64,000 bases of DNA, taken from Chloroflexota bacterium (GTDB lineage Bacteria > Chloroflexota > UBA11872 > VXOZ01). The DNA lies in the NCBI GenBank assembly GCA_964291655.2, contig OZ219802.1, positions 1,824,001 through 1,888,000 of the forward strand, written 5' to 3'. Positions 30,080-39,919 of the stretch are shown here, in pieces; within the stretch, counting starts at the first letter, position 1; every line of letters begins with the position of its first letter. The notes under the pieces were generated by a model. That model was given only the letters and a program-made list of their open reading frames with translations. It was not told the origin of the DNA and did not search any database. The position numbers and the translations under genes were made by a program.

Positions 30080-31543
30080 TCAGACGCGAAAATACTCTTG
30101 CCAGCGGCGCGTCACCAGTTCCTCGATCTCCGGACTCATCACGATGTCTTCCGGCCACTCGCGGGTAAAGCCCTCTTCCGCAGTCTTGCGGGTGGCATCC
30201 ACGCCCAACTTTCCGCCATAGTTCGGCAGCGGCGCCGCGTGGTCGAGCGAATCCACTGGCCCTTCTACAATCACCGTATCCCGCTTCCAATCGACGTTGT
30301 TCCCCATGCGGAAGAGCACTTCGGACGTATCCTGCACGTCAATGTCGTCATCTACCACCACAATGAGCTTGACGCACATCATCTGATGCAGGCTCCAGAG
30401 CGCGTACATCGTCTTGCGGGCGTGACCGGGAAAGCGCTTCTTAATGGAAACGAAGACGATATTGTGAAAGACGCCTTCGTCCGGCAGGGCAATGTCATGG
30501 ACCTCCGGGACCATCATCTTGATGAGCGGCAGGAAGATGCGCTCGGTGGCTTTGCCCATGTAGAGGTCTTCCATCGGCGGGCGGCCTACGATGATGGTGA
30601 CGTACATCGGGTCGCGCCGGTGCGTAATGGCCGTAATGTGAAAGACAGGGTACTGGTCCGCTATCGAGTAATAGCCCGTGTGGTCGCCAAATGGACCCTC
30701 AGTCGCGTATTCGCCGGGTTCCACGTAGCCCTCGAGCACAATCTCGCTATTGGCGGGCACCATCACGTCCACGGTCTTGCCCTTGACGAGTTGCACCGGC
30801 CCGCCGCGCAAGAATCCGGCAAAGAGAAACTCATCGATGCCTTGCGGCAGCGGCGCGGTGCCGGAATACACCGCCGCCGGTTCCGCGCCGAGCGCCACCG
30901 CCAGTTGCAGCCGTTCCTTCTTTTCCACGCTGTCGTCGTAGTGCTCGCGCCCGCCTTTGTGCCGCTGCCAGTGCATGGCTGTGGTGTTCTTGCTGAGCAC
31001 CTGCATGCGGTAGCAGCCCACGTTGCGCTTGCCGGTATTCGGATCATAGCTGCACACGAGCGGCAGGGTGATATATTTCCCCGCATCCAGCGGCCAGCAT
31101 TTGATGATCGGCAGCATGCCCAGGTCCACCTCGTCGCCGGTCAGCACGACCTCCTGGCAGGGCGCAGAATTCACTACCTTCGGCGCAATGCGCGACAATT
31201 TGAACAGTTCGCCGCCGGCCTGCAATTTGGCGGCGAGTCCTTCCGGCGGGCCGCCCAGCGCGATGCCCAGGAGGTTCTCCAGCTTCTGCGGCAGCTCTTC
31301 CCACGAATCAGACCCGAGCGCCCACGCCGTGCGTTGCTCCGAGCCAAAGGTGTTGATGAGCAGCGGGATGTCCGAGCCCTGTACGTTCTCGAAGAGCAGC
31401 GCGGGCCCTCCCGCTTTGGTGACGCGGTCGGTTATCTCCGTAATCTCTAGCTCGGGGTCTACCGGCGCCGTAATGCGCTGTAACTCCCCTTTGCCTTCAA
31501 GGAACGCGACGTATTCGCGGAGGTCTTTGAACGTGGGTGGCAT
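30080..31543 (-). CDS. ubiD: UbiD-family decarboxylase (menaquinone futalosine-pathway MqnL-like)
   Basis: EGPFGDHTGYY, VDSLDHA, GKLGVDAT motifs. Confidence 0.88.
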   Translation of the reverse strand: MPPTFKDLREYVAFLEGKGELQRITAPVDPELEITEITDRVTKAGGPALLFENVQGSDIPLLINTFGSEQRTAWALGSDSWEELPQKLENLLGIALGGPPEGLAAKLQAGGELFKLSRIAPKVVNSAPCQEVVLTGDEVDLGMLPIIKCWPLDAGKYITLPLVCSYDPNTGKRNVGCYRMQVLSKNTTAMHWQRHKGGREHYDDSVEKKERLQLAVALGAEPAAVYSGTAPLPQGIDEFLFAGFLRGGPVQLVKGKTVDVMVPANSEIVLEGYVEPGEYATEGPFGDHTGYYSIADQYPVFHITAITHRRDPMYVTIIVGRPPMEDLYMGKATERIFLPLIKMMVPEVHDIALPDEGVFHNIVFVSIKKRFPGHARKTMYALWSLHQMMCVKLIVVVDDDIDVQDTSEVLFRMGNNVDWKRDTVIVEGPVDSLDHAAPLPNYGGKLGVDATRKTAEEGFTREWPEDIVMSPEIEELVTRRWQEYFRV

Positions 31544-31661
31544 CTGAGGTGTGCATTCCTCCTAAAATGTTTCGCGCCAAGCCTGACTCGTGCTCCGACA
31601 CGGGGAGGCGGGGGACAAGCCTCCGCGCTACTCCCCTGGGAGCCGCCAGTTCCGTCATTCC

Positions 31662-31914
31662 TGTATGTGTTGAGCAATTCGCTGACAGAAGCTTCTACTC
31701 ACTGGACTGTGTCGAATGTACATGTCATTCCGAGCGCAGCGAGGAATCTAGGGTCCATGCTTCACACAGTACACTGGCTTCAGCACTCTAGATTCCGCGC
31801 TAAGAGCGACACTTGGCTTCGCTCCGTTCGGAATGACATGTATGCAGGCAAGCGCAGAGTTTTGCTCCCGTAATTCTTCTATCAAATCTGTCAACGAATT
31901 ACCTGACTCTTACA
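31662..31914. mobile_element. 253-bp TGT...ACA MITE in CGTC-type repeat, copy 2
   Basis: Same TIRs and length as 13843-14095; ATTCC duplication at 31657-31661 and 31915-31919. Confidence 0.82.
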
Positions 31915-32119
31915 ATTCCGGCGAAAGCCGGAATCCATCTTTTCTTCGTTCCATACGCCCCCAACCCACTGCGGGGGACAAGCCCCCGCGCTACGGTTAA
32001 TCCGTACGAAATCCGGCGCGGGTTGCGGCACTACGCTATCGGATCGCAGGTTACAAACCTGCGCTACCAGACCGCAAGTTGCGGAACTACGCTTCCGAAT
32101 CGCAGGTTTCAAACCTGCG

Positions 32120-32794
32120 CTACTGGGTTTCCATCTCTTGCCGGGCTTGCATAATGGCCGCCCGCATCGCTCGCGTCGCTGCCGTTACACGTTCGAATTC
32201 ACCGTCCAAACGCTGCCAATCCAGCAGTCCCGCACCGACGCCGAGCGCCAAGGCGCCGCTCTTGATGTATGTTCCGGCGTTCTCGAAAGTGATCCCACCG
32301 GTCGGCAGTAAAGGAATCTGACCAAAGGGGCCTTGCAGGTCCCTGAAGAACTGCGGTCCGACAATATTGGCGGGAAATACTTTTACGATGTCCGCGCCTG
32401 CCCGCAGAGCGGTGAACACCTCCGTGGGCGTGAATGCGCCGGGTACCACCATGCAGTCGTGCTCGTTGGCAAATGCCACGATCGCGGTATCAAGGTGCGG
32501 CGAGACGAAGAACTCCGCTCCGGCGGCCAGTGCTTGCTCGGCCTCCGCTACGGAGAGCACCGTACCTGCGCCAATCGCCATCTGCTCGCCCAGGCTCGCG
32601 TGCAATTCGGCGATCATGTCCAGCGCGTGGGGCGTATTGAGCGTGATTTCCATCACGTTCACGTCCGCTGCCAGCAGCGCCTCGCCAATGTGCACCGCCC
32701 ACTCAGGAGGCACGCCCCGGATGATCATGACCATTCCGGCTGCCTCGGTGCGCGCTACCTGCGCCTGCGCGCGGGTGCGCTGGAGTGTCTGCAT
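32120..32794 (-). CDS. eda: KDPG/KHG aldolase family protein
   Basis: EITLNTP, IGAGTV, PGAFTPTE, VKVFPA, PTGGI. Confidence 0.9.
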   Translation of the reverse strand: MQTLQRTRAQAQVARTEAAGMVMIIRGVPPEWAVHIGEALLAADVNVMEITLNTPHALDMIAELHASLGEQMAIGAGTVLSVAEAEQALAAGAEFFVSPHLDTAIVAFANEHDCMVVPGAFTPTEVFTALRAGADIVKVFPANIVGPQFFRDLQGPFGQIPLLPTGGITFENAGTYIKSGALALGVGAGLLDWQRLDGEFERVTAATRAMRAAIMQARQEMETQ

Positions 32795-33067
32795 AGTGCT
32801 GCCCTACTTGGGGTTCTTGCGTGCCGCCTCGGCGGTCTTCCGCCGCTTGTTGCTTCCTACTACTATAAACTACTCGCGGTCACTTTATGTGCTGTGCCGT
32901 GGGCTTGGTCTGTTATGTTTGCATGCTTCTCCGGTCGAGACCTTTGTGCAACTTTGCGAGACAGTTTGATGTTGGCCGAGCCGGTATTTGTCCCCTTACC
33001 CCAGCCCTCTCCCCCAGGAGACCTTTGCAAAACCCCACTTTCAAGCAGGGGCACTCCCTCTCCTGGG

Positions 33068-34711
33068 GAGGGTGTCTCAAAAATAGATCTACTGGATATA
33101 TACTGGTGTGAAGAGAAGCAAGGTGAGGTTGTGGGATAGTTTGTAGAGAGGTAGTGACGATGCCGTTGAGACCGTTTAGTCGTGAACAGGCCTGGCTGTT
33201 GCCGCCGACGCTGGACGAACTGATCCCGGACGACCATCCTGTCAGGTTTGCGGCAGCGTTCGTGGACAGCCTCGATGCTGCGGCCTGGGAGGCGATGGAG
33301 ATTGACCTGCAAGGCGATCCGCGTGGCGCCGGGGCCTACCATCCGCGCGCGCTGCTGGGCGTATGGGTCTACGGCTTCATGACCGGCGTGCGCTCGAGCC
33401 GCAAGCTGGAGGCAGCCTGCCGGGATCAGGTACCGTACCTGTGGCTGGTGGGGATGCAGCAGCCGGACCACAACACGCTGTGGCGCTTCTACAAGGCGCA
33501 CCGCGACCGGATGCGGACGCTGCTCAAGCGCACGGTGCGCACGGCGGTGCGAGCCGGCCTGGTGGAGTTGGCAATCCAGGCGGTGGACGGCACCAGGATC
33601 GCGGCCAACGCCGGGACGCGGCATACCCACGACGCGCAGGGGCTGCAGCGGCTGTTGTCCCGCACCGAGCAAGCGATCGCGGACCTGGAGGCGCAGAACG
33701 CCACGGGGGGCGACGCGCCGCCAGCGACTTTGCCGCAGGAACTTGCCGATGCCCAGGCCCTGCGGCGGCGGGTGGACGACGCGCTCGCCCGCGTCGCGGC
33801 TGAGGACGGGCCGCGCTACACGAACCTGACTGATGCGGACGCGGCCCTGCTCAAGACTGGCATGGGTGGCTTCATCACCGGCTACAACGCCCAGGCGCTG
33901 GTCTCCCCTCTTGCGTCCCCGGACGAGGGCGCAGGGGGGAGGTTGATCACAGCCGTGGACGTGAGCGCCAGTGCCGACGACCATCCCCACCTGGCGCCGC
34001 TGATCGAGGCGGCGCAGGAGAACATCGACGCCGCGCGGGACGTGGTGACCGTTGCGGACGCCGGCTACCATTCGGGGGCCAACCTCGCCACGTGCCACGC
34101 CGGCGGCCACACGGTATTGATGCCCACGACCCACGAGCGCAGACGCCGCAACCCCTACCATAAAGACCACTTCACCTACCGTCCAGAGACCGACACCTAC
34201 CTGTGTCCCCAGCAAAAGGTGCTCACCTACACGCACCGCTTGACCCACAGCAACGGCTACCGGGTCAAGCGGTACCAAGCCAACGGCCGGGACTGCAGAA
34301 CCTGTCCGGCCTTCGGCGTCTGCACCTCCTCCCAGAGGGGCCGCTCCATAAAGATCAGCGCCTACGAGCCAATACTGCAACGGCACAGGCAGTTGATGGC
34401 CACCGCGCCTGCCAAGCAGGTGTACCGCCGCCGGAGTACCATCGTCGAGCCGGTCTTTGGCCTGCTCAAGGAGTGGCACAGTGCCAGGCGCTTCCTGCTC
34501 AGAGGCCGCAGCCACGTGACGTCCGAATGGCACCTGCTGGCCACCGCGTTCAATCTCAAGAGCCTCCACGCCCTGTGGCGGTCTGGGTGTAGTCCAGCGT
34601 CGCCCCGGGGACGAGTCTCTCACTGGCACCGTCTTGTTCATACCACCCGCCATCTGTCTGTCCTTCTCACCCCATTCACCGTGCCCCGCACCAAAATATT
34701 GAGACAGCCTC
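33068..34711 (+). mobile_element. IS1182-family insertion sequence, copy A (1644 bp)
   Basis: IRs GAGGGTGTCTCAA / TTGAGACAGCCTC; TGGG duplication; three near-identical copies in window. Confidence 0.92.
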
Positions 34712-34839
34712 TGGGGGAGAGGGTTGGGGTGAGGGGGTCTCTTGTTACAATGGCCCTTTACGCTGGGCAGTGTCAAGACGTATCAGGGCAGATTCGGTGT
34801 GCACATGGAGAGACTTCAGGAAATTCACCCTCACCCTAG
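33154..34839 (+). CDS. IS1182-family transposase
   Basis: SSRKLE, PDHNTLWRF, AVDGTRI, ADAGY, VEPVFG motifs. Confidence 0.93.
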   Translation: MTMPLRPFSREQAWLLPPTLDELIPDDHPVRFAAAFVDSLDAAAWEAMEIDLQGDPRGAGAYHPRALLGVWVYGFMTGVRSSRKLEAACRDQVPYLWLVGMQQPDHNTLWRFYKAHRDRMRTLLKRTVRTAVRAGLVELAIQAVDGTRIAANAGTRHTHDAQGLQRLLSRTEQAIADLEAQNATGGDAPPATLPQELADAQALRRRVDDALARVAAEDGPRYTNLTDADAALLKTGMGGFITGYNAQALVSPLASPDEGAGGRLITAVDVSASADDHPHLAPLIEAAQENIDAARDVVTVADAGYHSGANLATCHAGGHTVLMPTTHERRRRNPYHKDHFTYRPETDTYLCPQQKVLTYTHRLTHSNGYRVKRYQANGRDCRTCPAFGVCTSSQRGRSIKISAYEPILQRHRQLMATAPAKQVYRRRSTIVEPVFGLLKEWHSARRFLLRGRSHVTSEWHLLATAFNLKSLHALWRSGCSPASPRGRVSHWHRLVHTTRHLSVLLTPFTVPRTKILRQPLGERVGVRGSLVTMALYAGQCQDVSGQIRCAHGETSGNSPSP

Positions 34840-35100
34840 CCCTCTCCCGTCGAGGGAGAGGGAACGTTCTCGCTTCCGCTTGGGTTTCGCAAAGGTCTCC
34901 CCAGGGAGAGGGAGTGGCTTTGGTCTGGTGGAAGCTATGCAAAGTGAAGGAGGTTTTTGCCTGGAGGCCCGATTTTAGCAAAGTTCTTCCAAGGAAGAGA
35001 CTATGAGTTTCGCGCTCTGTCCGCGTTTTTCCAGGGCCTTCCCAGTGTGATGGGGCTAGTCGCTTGACCTGGCCAGGTTATGCTAAGGTCTGCAAGCGGT

Positions 35101-35787
35101 CTACGGCGCGGCGCCGCAGGCTTCCAGGTGGCGGCGGAGGATCTTTTCCGCACGCTGGCGGATAGCGCGCACGGCTTGCGGGCTCACACCCATGCGCGCG
35201 GCGATATCCACCACGCGGCGGTCCTGCCAGTAGATGGCGTAGAGCACGGTTTTCTGCTTCGGCGTGAGCGCCTGCAGGGCTATTTCGAGCTCGGCGTGGA
35301 TGGCCGGTTCCGCCGTGGGCTTGCCTTTGCGCAAGCACTGCTCGGCGAGGTAGGCCGTAATCTCATCGCTGAGCGACTGGTTATGGGCGGGATCCGGCGG
35401 CGCGATGCGCCGGGAGGTGCGGCCGAAGTTGTGCACGCGCCACTTGAGCATGGTGCACATGTAGGCTTCGAAGTTGCCGTTGCGCCGGTAGTCGTACTCG
35501 TAGAGCAGCTCCAGAAAGAGGCGCTGCACCTCCTGGCGGGCGTCTTCAGCTTCCGAAGGCCGGAAGCTCCGCTTCAGACGCCGTATCTGGCGCTCCATGG
35601 GCAGGCGCAAGCGGTCCATGAGCAGCATCTGGGCGGTGGTGTTGCCCTGCTTTGCCGCTTGCACCGTGACGAACAGTTCGTCAGGCAGATTTTGCCCGCG
35701 GCGCGGCTGCGCGGGCGTGGGCTCTTTCGCCACAGGCGCCGCTTTTGCCAACGGCGTCGCATTCACTAAGGGCATTGTCGCTGCCAT
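35101..35787 (-). CDS. Sigma-70 family RNA polymerase sigma factor (regions 2 and 4)
   Basis: EDARQEVQRLFLE..YDYRRNGNFEAY region 2; LTPKQKTVL..DIAARMGVSPQAV HTH. Confidence 0.82.
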   Translation of the reverse strand: MAATMPLVNATPLAKAAPVAKEPTPAQPRRGQNLPDELFVTVQAAKQGNTTAQMLLMDRLRLPMERQIRRLKRSFRPSEAEDARQEVQRLFLELLYEYDYRRNGNFEAYMCTMLKWRVHNFGRTSRRIAPPDPAHNQSLSDEITAYLAEQCLRKGKPTAEPAIHAELEIALQALTPKQKTVLYAIYWQDRRVVDIAARMGVSPQAVRAIRQRAEKILRRHLEACGAAP

Positions 35788-36043
35788 TGCTCTTTCCTCT
35801 CCTTCGTTAGCTGGAACGGTTTCTGGTATGTAACGTAGGGTCGTATTGCGTAGGATCGTTTGGTGCAGGGGCGCTGTAGGGGCGCTTCGCGAAGCGCCCC
35901 TACAGCGCCCCTACGGCGTCGGACGTTCATCCACATGTTGGGGATTTTCCCGTTCGTCCTTCGGTCCTTCGACAAGCTCAGGACGAACGGTACGTACCAT
36001 GCGCTCGGGATCCCTTGCTGTCGGCTCATGCTTACGGCTCCCC

Positions 36044-36670
36044 TCATGCGAACACGCGGATCACGCCCACCACCTTGCCGAGAATGGTGATGTTGTCGCC
36101 GGGGAGCGTCGGGTAGTACGGGTTGGCGGGCACGAGGAAGACCTGTCCGCCGTCGCGCTGGAGGTGCTTCAGCGTGGCGGTGCCGTCCTCGCGCAAGGCC
36201 GCCACCATCTCGCCGTTCTCCGCGGCGGGCTGGGGGCGAAGGAGCACGTGGTCGCCGTCGCAGACGCAGGCATCCACCATGCTGTCACCCTGCACGCGCA
36301 GCGCGTAGACGTCCGGGTGACGGGCGAAGACGCTATCCACGGTGAGCCAGTCTTCCACGGCCTCCACCGCTTCCACGCCGGTACCGGCGGCAATCGTGCC
36401 GCGCACCGGCACGCGCGCCACGCCCAAGCCCTCCAGCATCTGGACCTGGGGCGTCAGCTCGTAGCTGCCCCAGGCCGTGCGGCGCAGGTAGCCCTTGGTC
36501 TCCAAGCGCTTCAGGTGGTGGTGCGCCGCCGCCGGTGCGCGCGCGCCGATGCAGCGGGCAATCTCTTCCAAGGTGGGCCAGCGTCCCTCCTGCTGTATGC
36601 GCGTGACAAACGTCAGCACCTGCCGCTGCTTGCCGGTTAGTGGCTTACCCGTCGTATGCGTTTCCTTCAT
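36044..36670 (-). CDS. lexA: LexA-family transcriptional repressor
   Basis: LTGKQRQVL/PTLEEIA wHTH, IAAG cleavage site, GDSM Ser and TLK Lys dyad; may be a paralog rather than the main SOS regulator. Confidence 0.85.
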   Translation of the reverse strand: MKETHTTGKPLTGKQRQVLTFVTRIQQEGRWPTLEEIARCIGARAPAAAHHHLKRLETKGYLRRTAWGSYELTPQVQMLEGLGVARVPVRGTIAAGTGVEAVEAVEDWLTVDSVFARHPDVYALRVQGDSMVDACVCDGDHVLLRPQPAAENGEMVAALREDGTATLKHLQRDGGQVFLVPANPYYPTLPGDNITILGKVVGVIRVFA

Positions 36671-36882
36671 GTGCACCTTCCTCTCTGTCGCCAACTATCG
36701 CTAACGAATGAATCTGTCATCGGGTGTCTCCGGTGTGGGAAACCTTTACACAACTCAAGCCGGTAAGTGAGAAGATCCCCTCACCCTAACCCTCTCCCCC
36801 AGGAGAGGGAACCGGAGCCGCTCCATGTTTGCTCGGTTCCGTACTCTGCACTCTCTCCTGGGAGAGAGGAAACCGGAGCGGC

Positions 36883-38481
36883 TCAATGTTTGCTTGGTTC
36901 CGTACTCTGCTCCCTCTCCTGGGGAGGCTGTCTCAATATTTTGGTGCGGGGCACGGTGAATGGGGTGAGAAGGACAGACAGATGGCGGGTGGTATGAACA
37001 AGACGGTGCCAGTGAGAGACTCGTCCCCGGGGCGACGCTGGACTACACCCAGACCGCCACAGGGCGTGGAGGCTCTTGAGATTGAACGCGGTGGCCAGCA
37101 GGTGCCATTCGGACGTCACGTGGCTGCGGCCTCTGAGCAGGAAGCGCCTGGCACTGTGCCACTCCTTGAGCAGGCCAAAGACCGGCTCGACGATGGTACT
37201 CCGGCGGCGGTACACCTGCTTGGCAGGCGCGGTGGCCATCAACTGCCTGTGCCGTTGCAGTATTGGCTCGTAGGCGCTGATCTTTATGGAGCGGCCCCTC
37301 TGGGAGGAGGTGCAGACGCCGAAGGCCGGACAGGTTCTGCAGTCCCGGCCGTTGGCTTGGTACCGCTTGACCCGGTAGCCGTTGCTGTGGGTCAAGCGGT
37401 GCGTGTAGGTGAGCACCTTTTGCTGGGGACACAGGTAGGTGTCGGTCTCTGGACGGTAGGTGAAGTGGTCTTTATGGTAGGGGTTGCGGCGTCTGCGCTC
37501 GTGGGTCGTGGGCATCAATACCGTGTGGCCGCCGGCGTGGCACGTGGCGAGGTTGGCCCCCGAATGGTAGCCGGCGTCCGCAACGGTCACCACGTCCCGC
37601 GCGGCGTCGATGTTCTCCTGCGCCGCCTCGATCAGCGGCGCCAGGTGGGGATGGTCGTCGGCACTGGCGCTCACGTCCACGGCTGTGATCAACCTCCCCC
37701 CTGCGCCCTCGTCCGGGGACGCAAGAGGGGAGACCAGCGCCTGGGCGTTGTAGCCGGTGATGAAGCCACCCATGCCAGTCTTGAGCAGGGCCGCGTCCGC
37801 ATCAGTCAGGTTCGTGTAGCGCGGCCCGTCCTCAGCCGCGACGCGGGCGAGCGCGTCGTCCACCCGCCGCCGCAGGGCCTGGGCATCGGCAAGTTCCTGC
37901 GGCAAAGTCGCTGGCGGCGCGTCGCCCCCCGTGGCGTTCTGCGCCTCCAGGTCCGCGATCGCTTGCTCGGTGCGGGACAACAGCCGCTGCAGCCCCTGCG
38001 CGTCGTGGGTATGCCGCGTCCCGGCGTTGGCCGCGATCCTGGTGCCGTCCACCGCCTGGATTGCCAACTCCACCAGGCCGGCTCGCACCGCCGTGCGCAC
38101 CGTGCGCTTGAGCAGCGTCCGCATCCGGTCGCGGTGCGCCTTGTAGAAGCGCCACAGCGTGTTGTGGTCCGGCTGCTGCATCCCCACCAGCCACAGGTAC
38201 GGTACCTGATCCCGGCAGGCTGCCTCCAGCTTGCGGCTCGAGCGCACGCCGGTCATGAAGCCGTAGACCCATACGCCCAGCAGCGCGCGCGGATGGTAGG
38301 CCCCGGCGCCACGCGGATCGCCTTGCAGGTCAATCTCCATCGCCTCCCAGGCCGCAGCATCGAGGCTGTCCACGAACGCTGCCGCAAACCTGACAGGATG
38401 GTCGTCCGGGATCAGTTCGTCCAGCGTCGGCGGCAACAGCCAGGCCTGTTCACGACTAAACGGTCTCAACGGCATCGTCAC
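36883..38481 (-). CDS. IS1182-family transposase
   Basis: Identical to copy A apart from the C-terminal tail. Confidence 0.93.
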   Translation of the reverse strand: MTMPLRPFSREQAWLLPPTLDELIPDDHPVRFAAAFVDSLDAAAWEAMEIDLQGDPRGAGAYHPRALLGVWVYGFMTGVRSSRKLEAACRDQVPYLWLVGMQQPDHNTLWRFYKAHRDRMRTLLKRTVRTAVRAGLVELAIQAVDGTRIAANAGTRHTHDAQGLQRLLSRTEQAIADLEAQNATGGDAPPATLPQELADAQALRRRVDDALARVAAEDGPRYTNLTDADAALLKTGMGGFITGYNAQALVSPLASPDEGAGGRLITAVDVSASADDHPHLAPLIEAAQENIDAARDVVTVADAGYHSGANLATCHAGGHTVLMPTTHERRRRNPYHKDHFTYRPETDTYLCPQQKVLTYTHRLTHSNGYRVKRYQANGRDCRTCPAFGVCTSSQRGRSIKISAYEPILQRHRQLMATAPAKQVYRRRSTIVEPVFGLLKEWHSARRFLLRGRSHVTSEWHLLATAFNLKSLHALWRSGCSPASPRGRVSHWHRLVHTTRHLSVLLTPFTVPRTKILRQPPQEREQSTEPSKH

Positions 38482-38567
38482 TACCTCTCTACAAACTATC
38501 CCACCACCTCACCTTGCTTCTCTTCACACCAGTATATATCCAGTAGATCTATTTTTGAGACACCCTC
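36924..38567 (-). mobile_element. IS1182-family insertion sequence, copy B
   Basis: Same IRs, 1644 bp, sits in the loop of a CCCTCTCC/GGAGAGGG hairpin. Confidence 0.92.
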
Positions 38568-39305
38568 TTGGGGAGAGGGCTGGGGTGAGGGCGAATCTTC
38601 ACCGTTCCAGCCCAATTCCGCGTGCTCGTTAGAGTTGCGCAAAGCTCTCCTGAGGGAAAGAGGGTTTTCCTTGCTGCCACAAGGCAAGCCGTAGCGCGGG
38701 GGACAAACCCTCCGCTGCCCCGTGCTCCGACACGGGACAGGCTTGGAGTCAAGGGTAAACACCGTCTTGGCCTAGTCATCGGCAACGGCCACATCATCAT
38801 AAGGTTCCTCTCTGTCGCGCCGCTGCAGCCTGTTCCCCCAGCACAACACCTACCAGTCCTCCCCTGTTCTCGTGCACTGTGGTTCCCTCGACACCACCGT
38901 TCACCCTTCGACAGGCCTGTACTGAGCTTGTCGAAGTGCTCAGGGCGAACGGTGAGCCACGCCATCGGCACCTGCCAGACCTCCCGTGTTCGCGTCCCCT
39001 GCACGGCGTTTTTCCCAGTATAGTAAATACTTTGTAAAATTACAACCCCTTTTACCCCTTAATTTTTACATTATTTTTGAATATAACTCTATGCAGCCCC
39101 AAAATCACGGGAAACACACTTCCCACTGCCGTCTACCCACTCCCGAAACGCCTGGCAAAGCACGCGCTCCGCGGCGATGTATGCACGCCACACCCTGAGC
39201 GCGCGGCTCTATGGAGAGGAAAAGAGCACGGCCGGGGGTACACAGAAAACCGCACTTTCAACCAAAGCACACGTGCCTTGCCATGACGCAAAGGAAAACA
39301 CCCAG

Positions 39306-39671
39306 GTGACCCAAAACCAGAAGCACGCCAAGAGCCTCTACGCCGATCTCCTCACCGAGCAGGAACTGGCAGCGCTGGAGCGCACCGCCGACAATCCCCT
39401 GCTCCAGGACGAGATTGGCCTGCTGCGCATGCTCATCCGCCGCATCGCAGCCCAGTTGCTCACCGCCGAAGACGATGAACGCGCGCCGGCGGACAAGATC
39501 AAGGCGGTCAAAGACCTGACGGACATCCTCCTCAACGCCCTGAAGGCGCGCCACCAGCTCTCGCCCCGAGCGGAAGACAACCTGACTGAGGCGATGCGTC
39601 AGGTGGTTGCCGAGATCGAATCGCTGGAACGACAGGAAGAGAAAGCGCAGGAACACCACCATGCTGAATGA
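39306..39671 (+). CDS. Putative terminase small subunit-like protein
   Basis: NQKHAKSLY..LQDEIGLLRMLI helical protein upstream of TerL; GTG start chosen. Confidence 0.55.
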   Translation: MTQNQKHAKSLYADLLTEQELAALERTADNPLLQDEIGLLRMLIRRIAAQLLTAEDDERAPADKIKAVKDLTDILLNALKARHQLSPRAEDNLTEAMRQVVAEIESLERQEEKAQEHHHAE

Positions 39672-39903
39672 AACACCGACACAGACGCCCAGGCAGCACG
39701 ACGCGCACTTCCACAAACTGGCAGACGATCTGGACCGGCACGGCTGCGCTTTCGGCCAGGTGACGCGCGAGTTGGCTGAGAACACGCGGGAGGACTATGC
39801 CCGGCTGGAAGCCAAGATCAACATCATCCTGATCGGCATCTTTGCTTCGCCGTTTGCCGCGGCTTTTCTCAACGGCATCCTCCGCAGCGTGCCGGGCCAG
39901 TAG
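39661..39903 (+). CDS. Small coiled-coil plus C-terminal TM protein (holin/XhlA-like topology)
   Basis: YARLEAKINIILIGIFASPFAAAFLNGIL; start overlaps previous gene. Confidence 0.5.
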   Translation: MLNETPTQTPRQHDAHFHKLADDLDRHGCAFGQVTRELAENTREDYARLEAKINIILIGIFASPFAAAFLNGILRSVPGQ

Positions 39904-39919
39904 AGGCGCACATTCTTAT

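Larger units (their letters stand above)
33018..34899. mobile_element. MITE with GAGACCTTTGC TIRs (IS5/IS1106-like ends), interrupted by IS1182
   Basis: GAGACCTTTGCAAAACC ... GGTTTCGCAAAGGTCTC, CCCAG duplicated on both sides; sibling partial copy at 60392-60575. Confidence 0.72.

Noticed and set aside
29939-31450. 503-aa ORF antisense to ubiD (and similar shadows opposite capsid, hub and aminotransferase genes)
   Set aside because: Fully overlap well-supported genes; typical high-GC shadow ORFs
33068-38567. Composite transposon carrying sigma-lexA
   Set aside because: Copy A has its own perfect TGGG duplication inside a MITE, indicating an independent insertion
38549-39004. ORF and a 14-bp leader (GCGACAGAGAGGAA) shared with the lexA upstream region
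   Set aside because: The ORF runs through repeats and an IS end and has no recognisable motif; the match could be chance around an RBS
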